From positions 5,576 through 69,575 of the forward strand of contig CAIKZC010000009.1 in the NCBI GenBank assembly GCA_903831815.1: 64,000 nucleotides of DNA, written 5' to 3'. The stretch comes from an uncultured bacterium (GTDB lineage: Bacteria > Patescibacteriota > Minisyncoccia > Phycocordibacterales > UBA11359). Shown here in pieces: positions 27,825-36,148 of the stretch. Both the position numbers and the translations under genes were made by a program. Below the pieces are notes generated by a model. That model saw only the letters and a program-made list of their open reading frames with translations, ran no database searches and was not told the origin of the DNA. The first letter of the stretch is position 1, and every line of letters starts with the position of its first letter.

Positions 27825-28223
27825 TTATCCTGAACACGATTCGCCTTCAATTAGATTATTTGGATCACAAAAAGTGTATGAGCAAGACTTTTCATTTTCA
27901 ATACAACTTAACTCACCATCGCAACCAAGTTTTTCAACAGTAGCTTCACAAATTGCTATATTAGCTGCCTTTTTACTTACCATCTTGTAGTAAGAGGTTC
28001 GTTCTGATTCTACGACCGAACAAGAACTATCGCTAGCTGGGTCACAAACATAAACAAAACATTTTTCAATCTGAGGGTCACAAGAAGTTTCTGCTATAAC
28101 TTGGTAGTCTTTTAATATGACAATTTTAACAAAAGTTACGCCTACCGAACCAAGAATTAGTAAAGTTAGAACTATGTAAAAAATCCTATTGCCCGCACTT
28201 GATTTTTTATCTTTATTTTCCAT
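27825..28223 (-). CDS. Membrane-anchored Cys-rich (12 Cys) secreted protein
   Basis: TM anchor then a CDPQIEKC...CDPNN Cys-rich ectodomain. The ATG at 28223 sits 6 nt after a TGgTATTAT extended -10, so the transcript is probably leaderless. Confidence 0.4.
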   Translation of the reverse strand: MENKDKKSSAGNRIFYIVLTLLILGSVGVTFVKIVILKDYQVIAETSCDPQIEKCFVYVCDPASDSSCSVVESERTSYYKMVSKKAANIAICEATVEKLGCDGELSCIENEKSCSYTFCDPNNLIEGESCSG

Positions 28224-28267
28224 GAGAATATAATACCACATTTTTTCATGTTTGCCACAAACGAAAA

Positions 28268-28293
28268 GGCGCGTACCTGTAAGAGTACGCGCC
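28268..28293 (-). terminator. Intrinsic terminator for the 28299..28871 gene
   Basis: GGCGCGTAC-N8-GTACGCGCC hairpin with a T-run on the minus strand. Confidence 0.6.
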
Positions 28294-28298
28294 TAGGA

Positions 28299-28871
28299 TT
28301 ACATGAAATGGTGCCAAACGAATTTGATGATATCGATAAGCACCACGTTACGGACAATCCAATACCCGTTACTAAAGACCAGGGATCCACAAAAGATCAG
28401 CCAATCTTTCTTCGTTAGACCACCGAAACGACCATGTCGCAGAAAGACTGTGGTGACAAATGGGTCCACGTACACATTAAGTACAATGAACGCCAAGACA
28501 TCATTCTTCTTGATTGCCCAGAGGACAAGCAAAAATAATCTTGCGGGTATGTACAGGACGATACGCAACGGCAACAACCAGAAGCTTTTCTTCGCCCAGT
28601 TGTCCAGTCTGCTTATCCAACCGACACTTTTTTTCTTGATGTCTTCTACAACATTAACACCAAGCCAATCTTCACCCATCCACTCGTACCACAAGATCCA
28701 CGCGAAACAGATGGTGGAAGCAGTGACTGCCATAGACCCACCACCGACTAGCGCCCCCCACTTAAAGATTGCATATGGGTACGCTATGTCATCGAACAGG
28801 AAATTGAAGATCGTCAGGAAGCCCCATGCTCCGACGATTTGCGCGAAACGAGCCGCGTAAGTTCGCCACAT
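28299..28871 (-). CDS. Polytopic membrane protein; GC-shifted ORFan
   Basis: AAGGAGG 5 nt upstream of the ATG at 28871 and a TTGACA-17-TAGTAT promoter in 28872-28960. About 5 predicted TM helices. Confidence 0.45.
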   Translation of the reverse strand: MWRTYAARFAQIVGAWGFLTIFNFLFDDIAYPYAIFKWGALVGGGSMAVTASTICFAWILWYEWMGEDWLGVNVVEDIKKKSVGWISRLDNWAKKSFWLLPLRIVLYIPARLFLLVLWAIKKNDVLAFIVLNVYVDPFVTTVFLRHGRFGGLTKKDWLIFCGSLVFSNGYWIVRNVVLIDIIKFVWHHFM

Positions 28872-29015
28872 AGCGACCTCCTTTTAAAAGTGACTTCTCA
28901 ATCAATCTTTGCCAACATGACAAAGAACTAGTATGTTACTATACTAGCATATTTGAGCTTATTTGTCAACTTTTTTCGCTCTAAATTCAACATTGAAATG
29001 CAACACTTCTTTAAC

Positions 29016-29043
29016 ACAAAAAATGGGAAGTTTTAGCTTCCCA
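29016..29043 (-). terminator. Intrinsic terminator for the GNAT gene
   Basis: TGGGAAG-ttttag-CTTCCCA hairpin with a T-run on the minus strand. Confidence 0.5.
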
Positions 29044-29053
29044 TCGATCTGAT

Positions 29054-29626
29054 TCATATTTTCCTTTCTCGAAAACGCCTTTCCAACGAGCGAATTCGAT
29101 CCAGCGAGTCTCGATAAGCCGCAAAGCGCACAACATCATATCTTTCTCCTCCAAAGAAACGATGCCCTTTGAAAACTCCTTCCTCCTTCAGTCCGGCCGT
29201 CCTGATCATTGAAAGCGACGGGTTGTTATACCCAAAAGCTTCAAAATAGATCTTATGCAACGGAAAGAAGTCGAAGAGATAACAAACTAAAATGATACTG
29301 GCTTCTGGTCCATATCCCCTACTCCTGAACCGTTCGTCGATAAACGTATTAACGAACACGTGCCCGTCCACCAAATTGAGTTCGAAGGAGTAAATGGTTC
29401 CCACAGCCACCGGCGGACTTGCACACGTTTCTACAACAAACTGAAGGTGTCTACCGGTTTCAAAAGCTTTCTTTTGCTCAAGAACGAACTTTTCAAAACC
29501 AACGACGGCCCGTTTTGGCGAAACCATTTTCAAATAATCAAGATCGTTGCGCCAACAATGCAACTGAGGATTATCCGCTTCGACGATAGGTCGAAGCCTC
29601 AAACGCGCAGACACAAGAGCTTCCAT
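29054..29626 (-). CDS. GNAT N-acetyltransferase (RimJ/RimL-like)
   Basis: LRLRPIVEADNPQLHCW and the core ..SRGYGPEA.. match the Acetyltransf_3-type pattern. Confidence 0.7.
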   Translation of the reverse strand: MEALVSARLRLRPIVEADNPQLHCWRNDLDYLKMVSPKRAVVGFEKFVLEQKKAFETGRHLQFVVETCASPPVAVGTIYSFELNLVDGHVFVNTFIDERFRSRGYGPEASIILVCYLFDFFPLHKIYFEAFGYNNPSLSMIRTAGLKEEGVFKGHRFFGGERYDVVRFAAYRDSLDRIRSLERRFRERKI

Positions 29627-29701
29627 AACATCTCCTTTGCTTTATATATGAGAACATGATACTGTTTAGAGAATACTATCATTCTAACACACTGTCAACT
29701 A

Positions 29702-31015
29702 ATGAATGACAATCTCAATCAATTTGGTGTCACATTTTCTAAGTTGAAGCTGGCTAGCAACATACCAACTTACTTATTTCAACGTGCGGGCATGCCTATT
29801 TGTATGCGAGCAGTCTTTTTTGCCGGTTCTCGTTTTGATGAAATACCTGGGACAGCACATTTTCTGGAACACATATTGGTGTCGGGCAGCAAAAAATTCC
29901 CCACAAAAAACCAATTGACCGCTTTTGTTGAAGAAATGGGAGGCTTTATTGGCGCGTCAACTGATAATTACTCTCTTAGGTTGGAAGTTATTATTCCCAA
30001 AAAAGACGATTTTAAAATAGGTTTAGAAGCTTTAGAAGAAGCTCTTTTTAATTCATTATTTGATCCGGCTACAATAGAATTGGAGCGTAAAGTAATTTTA
30101 ACTGAAATAGCAAAAAGAAGAAATAATCCACAAACACGTCTTTTTGATATGTATCAACAATTATTTTTTCAAGACACAAAATTAGCTCAACCAGTTATTG
30201 GAGATGAATCGTCTATATTAAAAATAACTAGAAAAGATCTCTTAGATTTTAAAAATAAATTCGTCGTGCCGGAAAGAATGTGCCTGATTTTGAGCGGTGA
30301 TATTAATTCTAATGAAGCTGAATCTTATCTAAACGAATACTTTCTAAACAAAAATTTAAATATTGTTGAAAGTGAAATTGAAACACCTCCGTTGTTACCG
30401 TTTATACAAAATACGAAAACTCTAATAGAGAAATTAAATAACGAGAAACAAGGCCATATTACTTTAGGCTTCAGAACTTGCCCTTTTCATGATAAAGATA
30501 CGGCTATTTTAGAAGTAATAACGTCAATTCTTGGGGGTGGCAAATCTTCGAGATTAATAAATGAGTTAAGGTATAAAAACGGACTTGTTTATAATGTTTC
30601 GGCTATGAATAGCCATCTTCCAGATGTAGGAACTTTTACAGTATCAACTTCTTGCTCTGAAAGTTCTGTCGAAAAAGTTATAAAAATAATTGTTGATGAA
30701 TTTGAAAAAATAAAAACTAAATCTCTAGGTCTAGACGAACTCAAGTCGGTAAAATCCAGATTAATTAAATCTCAATTTATAAAAATGCAAACAAGCCAAT
30801 CTTGGGTGCAACTTCACGAAAAAGAATTACTTTTCAATGGAAATCATCCGAAATTAATTACTGATTATCTAAAAGAAATTGATTCCGTTAATATTACGGA
30901 TATTGAAGAGGTCGCAAAAAAATATTTTGATAGAGATAAAATTTTTACAGTATTATATGGTACCGGTTCTGTCGAACAAGTCGACAATACAAAAACCTCG
31001 CTCAACAAATTTTAA
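29702..31015 (+). CDS. M16 family (pitrilysin/insulinase-like) zinc peptidase
   Basis: Inverted zinc motif HFLEHILVSGS (HxxEH) with a downstream E in FVEEMGG. Confidence 0.8.
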   Translation: MNDNLNQFGVTFSKLKLASNIPTYLFQRAGMPICMRAVFFAGSRFDEIPGTAHFLEHILVSGSKKFPTKNQLTAFVEEMGGFIGASTDNYSLRLEVIIPKKDDFKIGLEALEEALFNSLFDPATIELERKVILTEIAKRRNNPQTRLFDMYQQLFFQDTKLAQPVIGDESSILKITRKDLLDFKNKFVVPERMCLILSGDINSNEAESYLNEYFLNKNLNIVESEIETPPLLPFIQNTKTLIEKLNNEKQGHITLGFRTCPFHDKDTAILEVITSILGGGKSSRLINELRYKNGLVYNVSAMNSHLPDVGTFTVSTSCSESSVEKVIKIIVDEFEKIKTKSLGLDELKSVKSRLIKSQFIKMQTSQSWVQLHEKELLFNGNHPKLITDYLKEIDSVNITDIEEVAKKYFDRDKIFTVLYGTGSVEQVDNTKTSLNKF

Positions 31016-31068
31016 TTTCTTTGAGAGCGAGGGTTTATCCGATGATACCAACGGTTCGGATTCAGCCT

Positions 31069-31230
31069 TTACTCAGAGGCTCCACCATCACCATCGCTAT
31101 CACCACCACCATCACTGTCCGGACCAGAGCTGTCGTGACTCGAATCGCCACAGCTCCCATCGTCGCAGTCGGAGCAGTCAGAATCGCCGCCCCCACCACC
31201 GCCGTCATAGTAATATACACCATGTCGCAT
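31069..31230 (-). CDS. 53-aa highly acidic Gly/Asp/Ser/Cys-rich peptide (MRHGVYYYDGGGGGGDSDCSDCDDGSCGDSSHDSSGPDSDGGGDSDGDGGASE), not in the ORF track
   Basis: AAAGGAG 5 nt upstream of the ATG and a TAA stop. It explains the local GC spike better than the two low-complexity plus-strand ORFs across the same DNA. Confidence 0.4.
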   Translation of the reverse strand: MRHGVYYYDGGGGGGDSDCSDCDDGSCGDSSHDSSGPDSDGGGDSDGDGGASE

Positions 31231-31298
31231 GGTTACTCCTTTCTAGGTAAAAACTACCTGCCAAAAATGTACTCTCCTTGAAAATAGAAGTCAATGGG

Positions 31299-31622
31299 TT
31301 ATTCTTTTTCAATCTTAATACCCAAGACACCAAATTTTATCTGCTCTTCTTTAGAATACAACTGTTCAATTTCAATCAAAAGCAATTCTTTGGATTCACC
31401 ACCAAAATATGTCGGAAGAAAATCAGAAAAAAGCTCAGGAAATGTTGCATATCTGTAAAGCGCTTTAACTTTCATGTTAACTTTTTTCGATGAGTCATCG
31501 CTTTGAGTAAATTCAATACGATCACCAACATTTATGAGTTTTCTTTTGTCATCAAAAAGTCGTGATTCAATAACTTTGCTACCATTGGCAATTTTTTCGA
31601 AAGGCACCTTTGATAATTTCAT
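31299..31622 (-). CDS. ASCH (PUA-like) domain protein
   Basis: MKLSKVPFEKIANGSKVIESRLFDDKRKLINVGDRIEF matches the ASCH N-terminal signature; fold related to YqfB. Confidence 0.55.
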   Translation of the reverse strand: MKLSKVPFEKIANGSKVIESRLFDDKRKLINVGDRIEFTQSDDSSKKVNMKVKALYRYATFPELFSDFLPTYFGGESKELLLIEIEQLYSKEEQIKFGVLGIKIEKE

Positions 31623-31691
31623 TTGATGGATTGAAGATGACATAACTCTGTTTTGTTGGAGATAGTTTTATTTTATACTCTTTTTCACTTC

Positions 31692-32324
31692 TTATTTTAT
31701 CTTCAAAAACTTATTGTATTGCTTGTCGTCTTCCTTCATGTTTTTGAGGATGAGGTCGCGGATATATTCGGATTTATTGATCTTTTGAGTGAAACTGACC
31801 CAATCCAAGTACCCTTCTATTTCTTTAGTTAAAACAATATTAAATTTAATGAGCGGATTGCCGCCGTTGTAATTTAGAAAATCATTTAAAATTTCTACCA
31901 GATTTGAATCGTCATATTCAACAACTTTCAAAAAAGGCGAAATGATACCGCCGAGGAAAGCATGTTTTGCATCTTTAGCTTTTTTATTTTTGCTCTTTTT
32001 AATCAAACACAAAGTCGGCTTGTTTTTGGCGAGACCAAGCGTCATTTGGTGACCGACACTAAAACTAGCTACCGTACCTTCAACAATCAAAACATCGGCG
32101 GCAAAAATTGCTGCCACAACTTTATTGTAAACTTCCTCTCGATTAAAAGAGTTCATCTTGTTCTTTTCATCCAAATCGATAGCGGCCTCCAACCAATCAC
32201 GGGTAATAGTATGGCCCATTTCCTTGATTAAAGCGCAAATCTTGCGATAGTCGCTCTTATGTGACTTTAGCTCCATTGTTGTGCAGGCAAAGTGTACTTT
32301 CATAGTCGCTAAAATATAACACAT
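31692..32324 (-). CDS. Nucleoside 2-deoxyribosyltransferase-like (PF05014-like) domain protein with a C-terminal extension
   Basis: ADVLIVEGTVASFSVGHQMTLGLAKNKPTL resembles the D.GT.FE.G.A.A.GKPV core, but the catalytic Glu position is not conserved. The start could instead be ATG 32303. Confidence 0.4.
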   Translation of the reverse strand: MCYILATMKVHFACTTMELKSHKSDYRKICALIKEMGHTITRDWLEAAIDLDEKNKMNSFNREEVYNKVVAAIFAADVLIVEGTVASFSVGHQMTLGLAKNKPTLCLIKKSKNKKAKDAKHAFLGGIISPFLKVVEYDDSNLVEILNDFLNYNGGNPLIKFNIVLTKEIEGYLDWVSFTQKINKSEYIRDLILKNMKEDDKQYNKFLKIK

Positions 32325-32359
32325 CTTTGTTTATTATGCAATGTTGCAATTTGGTGTAA

Positions 32360-32380
32360 GTGTGTATAGTCTATACACAC
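32360..32380. promoter_or_regulatory. 21-bp perfect palindrome GTGTGTATAG-T-CTATACACAC in a divergent intergenic region (candidate operator)
   Basis: Perfect 10-bp inverted repeat with a single centre nucleotide, between the divergent starts at 32324 (minus) and 32440 (plus). Confidence 0.35.
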
Positions 32381-32439
32381 TAATACAAAGAGATACATAT
32401 TCCGGAGACACATCGACTGCGTAATATCAACTCCAAAAA

Positions 32440-32976
32440 ATGAAAACTGACTATCAGACGGCTCAAAAAACGGATTCATCCGCGAAAAGTTACAAAAGTA
32501 GATTTTTCATTATTTCGGGATGGTGCGATACGACAGGACGGGCGCCATATAGATATCTCGCGGAAATTGCCGGCAACAAAGGTTACAAAGTCGTTAAAGT
32601 AAATCCGGAATGGGACGAAGCACTGTCCGGTCAAGTCTTCCCTACCACTCGTCACGACATTGTTTTCGGATTTTCGATGGGCGCGATATTGGCTTGCATG
32701 GTCTGTAAAAGATTTCCTTATCGGAAGCTGATTTTGGCGTCAATGACGCCGGTTTTGGACCTCTCGAAGCGAACTTTAAAAATGCTCGGCCGTGAAATCG
32801 CCGAAGATTGCAAGAAATTTCGATACGGTGGCGTAAAAGCCACCTATTTTTATGGCGAAAAAGAGATTGATGAATCGTTGAGAAAGATTAGAAAGCTATG
32901 TCGCATAAAGATCATTCCGAATACTTGCCATCAACTAAACTTTGAATACCTGCAAAGGATTTCCGAGGAGTTGTAG
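32440..32976 (+). CDS. Small alpha/beta-hydrolase-fold protein (putative esterase)
   Basis: GFSMGA nucleophile elbow (GxSxG); about 178 aa. Confidence 0.4.
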   Translation: MKTDYQTAQKTDSSAKSYKSRFFIISGWCDTTGRAPYRYLAEIAGNKGYKVVKVNPEWDEALSGQVFPTTRHDIVFGFSMGAILACMVCKRFPYRKLILASMTPVLDLSKRTLKMLGREIAEDCKKFRYGGVKATYFYGEKEIDESLRKIRKLCRIKIIPNTCHQLNFEYLQRISEEL

Positions 32977-33142
32977 AGGATAGAGGTTATAAAGACAAAG
33001 AGTTGTAAGGGTTAAAAAAGCGACTGCGAAGCAACTATAAAGCAACCATAAACGGTCTAAAATTTCAATAAAATCCGCCGTAAAAGCTTTATAAATATTT
33101 TATCTTGCCCTTGTATAATTTTTTCATTATTAATATAATTAA

Positions 33143-33370
33143 GTGATGGTAATTGCTATGAATAAAAATATGACCATAGAGGACTTGGCTATTATGCTCC
33201 AAGAGGAGTTCAAGAATATCTATAAACGATTAGATTGTATCGAGGAACGATTAGATCGTATTGAAGTGAGACTAGAGCGTATTGAGTTCAATCAAACCAC
33301 ACAAGAACGCCGAATATCGAATCTGGAAGATAAAGTTCGCATTATAAGCACCAAACTTGGACTTGCTTAG
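33143..33370 (+). CDS. Small coiled-coil protein with RLDRIE-type repeats
   Basis: ORF with RLDCIEERLDRIEVRLERIEF heptad repeats; a promoter-like TTGTATAAT lies upstream. Confidence 0.35.
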   Translation: MMVIAMNKNMTIEDLAIMLQEEFKNIYKRLDCIEERLDRIEVRLERIEFNQTTQERRISNLEDKVRIISTKLGLA

Positions 33371-33397
33371 TACGCGTAAAATGTAAATCTTCTATTT

Positions 33398-35182
33398 CTA
33401 CCCCACGAAACCGCCGGCTTGGAGGCGCCAGAGACGACCGTAGAGGCTGCTTTCGTTTTTGAGCAAATCCTCGTGTGTATCGTCTTCAATAATCGAGCCG
33501 GCGTCCATCACAATAATACGATCCATTTTGCGAATAGTTGAAAGGCGGTGGGCAATAACCAAAACGGTCTTACCTTTCATCAGCACATCAAGCGCGTCTT
33601 GGATCAAGGCCTCGGACTCCGAATCAAGACTCGAAGTTGCTTCATCCAAAATCAAAATCGGCGCATTTTTCAAGATAGCTCGAGCAATAGCAATACGCTG
33701 ACGCTCGCCACCAGAGAGCTTGATGCCGCGTTCACCGACATAAGTATCGTATTTGAGCGGTAAACTGGTCACAAACTCATCACAGTGCGCCAAGCGGGCC
33801 GCTTCATAGACATCGTCATCAGTCGCTTCCTTGCGACCATAACGAATATTTTCCATCAAACTGCGATGAAAGAGAACGGGATCTTGCGGTACAAGACTAA
33901 TATGCGCACGAAGACTCTCTTGGGTCACAGTATGAATATCCGTACCATCAACCAAAATCTTGCCTCCGGCCAAATCATATAATCGCAAAATTAGTCTGAT
34001 GAAAGTCGACTTACCTGCCCCGCTTGGTCCGATCAAAGCAATTTTTTGTCCGCCCGGAATCATCACGGAAATTTTTGAAAGAACTTCGCGCGTAGAATTA
34101 AAACCAAAAGTTACTTCACGAAATTCGATTTGTCCGGCCGTGACGGAAAGAGCACCGGCATTCGGAATATTTTTAACTTCATGAGGCAAGAGCATGATGT
34201 CAATCATTTCCTTGGCATCAGCAAAAGCTTCATAAAAATCACGCACGATACGACTAAAATCCCATAAACGACCGCCAAGGTTAATGAAATAAACCTGGAT
34301 TAAGACAAAAGTACCGATCGTAATCATTCCCGATCGCCAATATTTAATAGAAACATAGAAAAGTAGAAATTCGACGACAAATATCAAAGAGGCCTGCACG
34401 GCATCCACAACACTAGATAAATTCCAAGAAAGTCGCGTGATTCGAGCTTGCTCGTTCGTTTCTTTTTCATATGAATGAGATTCGTATCCAACACTGGTGA
34501 AAAGTTGGATCACATTATGATTGGTGATGTTGTCAGAAAGCAAGCCGGTCGTTTTGGAATCGGATTCGGCGACGGCAATATCGTATTTTAATTTGTAACG
34601 CGAAAAGAAAAAGTTAAACGACATGAATGAACCCATCCAAATCAGGATGGCAAAAGTAAATATCGGCTGAATAGTCCAAACAATCACGCAAGTACCAATA
34701 ATAAGAATACTGAGCGGAATGATACTAAAAACCAAACGATCCATGATCTTTTCGAAAGCACGGCTCAAACGATTGACACGTTGAACAAGTGAGCCGGTAA
34801 AATTATTACTGAAAAAAGAATACGAGTGATTGATCATGTGATCAAAAGCTTGCTGCTTGAGCCGAGCCATGATTTTGGACTCCAAATGATTGACCGAAAA
34901 CATAGCTGCTCGATAGATCAACCAAACAATCGCATTGACACCAAGAATCAAAAATATGATGTGAGTCAAAGCCCCGACGACGCTTGATTTATCAGCGAGC
35001 GCCGCGCTGTTGGTCAAAGTATCGAAAAAACTTTTATAAAGAAGCGGATTTATGAGCTGCAAAACGGCAGCTGTGGAAAAAGCGACCACCACGAAAACGA
35101 GCAACCAAAAATGAGGTTTCGACGCCTTCCAGAAAACGCGGATGACATCACCCACGCTAGATGTTGGTTTAGGTTTGGCCAT
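33398..35182 (-). CDS. ABC exporter, fused permease/ATPase (MsbA/MdlB-like)
   Basis: Six-TM N-terminal domain, Walker A GPSGAGKST, signature LSGGERQRIAIARA, and Walker B ILILDEATS. Confidence 0.85.
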   Translation of the reverse strand: MAKPKPTSSVGDVIRVFWKASKPHFWLLVFVVVAFSTAAVLQLINPLLYKSFFDTLTNSAALADKSSVVGALTHIIFLILGVNAIVWLIYRAAMFSVNHLESKIMARLKQQAFDHMINHSYSFFSNNFTGSLVQRVNRLSRAFEKIMDRLVFSIIPLSILIIGTCVIVWTIQPIFTFAILIWMGSFMSFNFFFSRYKLKYDIAVAESDSKTTGLLSDNITNHNVIQLFTSVGYESHSYEKETNEQARITRLSWNLSSVVDAVQASLIFVVEFLLFYVSIKYWRSGMITIGTFVLIQVYFINLGGRLWDFSRIVRDFYEAFADAKEMIDIMLLPHEVKNIPNAGALSVTAGQIEFREVTFGFNSTREVLSKISVMIPGGQKIALIGPSGAGKSTFIRLILRLYDLAGGKILVDGTDIHTVTQESLRAHISLVPQDPVLFHRSLMENIRYGRKEATDDDVYEAARLAHCDEFVTSLPLKYDTYVGERGIKLSGGERQRIAIARAILKNAPILILDEATSSLDSESEALIQDALDVLMKGKTVLVIAHRLSTIRKMDRIIVMDAGSIIEDDTHEDLLKNESSLYGRLWRLQAGGFVG

Positions 35183-35235
35183 ATTATTATCGCAGACGGT
35201 TAAATTATCAATTTATTACAGAACCAATCATAGCA

Positions 35236-35275
35236 TATAAAAACAGCGTCGCGCGGATACACGATGCTGTTTATT
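35236..35275 (-). terminator. Intrinsic terminator for the 35312..35998 gene
   Basis: AACAGCGTCG-N10-CGATGCTGTT hairpin (one mismatch) with a T-run on the minus strand. Confidence 0.5.
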
Positions 35276-35311
35276 GCTTGCCTTTCTTCAAGCGTTTATG
35301 CGACATGAGAC

Positions 35312-35998
35312 TCAGACGACCAATTTCCGTTCACGTTTGGTCAAAAACAATGTGCCGGCCGGAAATCCAATCGATGGATCCGTAAAATGCACCATAGGTT
35401 TGTCCTGACCCTTGATGCGCCCGAGCGAAAATATCCCAGGACTCACATTTGGTGACTGCACTCGGCACTGAACACCAGGCGCGTGGATCTGGCGATTGTT
35501 TAGCGGTACACTTCCGTCCAACGCATATAGCAGGGATTCTTCAGCACAGACCGAGCTGACATCCCGACTTTCCATTTCGTCCCAAACTTGCCAGGCTTTC
35601 ATCTGGCAATAAATTTGAATCAAAATGTACTCGACAATGTTACCTTCCCTGGCATCCAAACATTGGGTCTGCAAAACCTCGTTGGTCCTGGATACATTAC
35701 AAAGATTCATGATCAGTTGTGTCCAGCTTGCATCCAGATCGCCGGCGAGATGTTTTTTTCTCCGAATCCGTTCTATCAAAACCCCACGATCGTCGTCTTT
35801 CTGAAATTGCAAGGTCACCGGTTCGCCGGCCAAGTTCCGGTTTTGTACCTTCATCGCGTCGGCCACAGCCTTAGCATAAACAGGATCTTTGGCCAGACGT
35901 TCCCACTGAAGATCAGTGACACCAAAATGCTGCAACCTCTGAAGAGGTTCTACAATCGGAGTCAGATAACGCGAAACGAGGTTTCCTTTATCTTTCAT
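35312..35998 (-). CDS. Hypothetical protein; GC-shifted ORFan
   Basis: ORF preceded by about 100 nt of GC-rich leader and a TTGACA-17 promoter near 36090-36120 (minus strand). Confidence 0.4.
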   Translation of the reverse strand: MKDKGNLVSRYLTPIVEPLQRLQHFGVTDLQWERLAKDPVYAKAVADAMKVQNRNLAGEPVTLQFQKDDDRGVLIERIRRKKHLAGDLDASWTQLIMNLCNVSRTNEVLQTQCLDAREGNIVEYILIQIYCQMKAWQVWDEMESRDVSSVCAEESLLYALDGSVPLNNRQIHAPGVQCRVQSPNVSPGIFSLGRIKGQDKPMVHFTDPSIGFPAGTLFLTKRERKLVV

Positions 35999-36148
35999 CA
36001 GGGGCCACCCGTCCTTTCTATTTTTTGGCTTGCCCTAAGGCCCGCCGGTCCGAAAATGTCGGACAACAGTGCTCATTACAAGGAGCATCTAGCAGGAAAC
36101 TAACATTAATATCTTTCTTTGTCAACAAAATGAAACTGAATTAAATTA

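Noticed and set aside
30879-31281. Plus-strand ORFs 30879..31250 (His/Arg/Ser-rich) and 31021..31281 (Thr/Ala/Ile/Val-rich)
   Set aside because: Both are low-complexity alternative readings of one GC-rich repeat and overlap the M16 gene's 3' end. The minus-strand 53-aa acidic peptide has a canonical SD and stop and is the more plausible coding frame.
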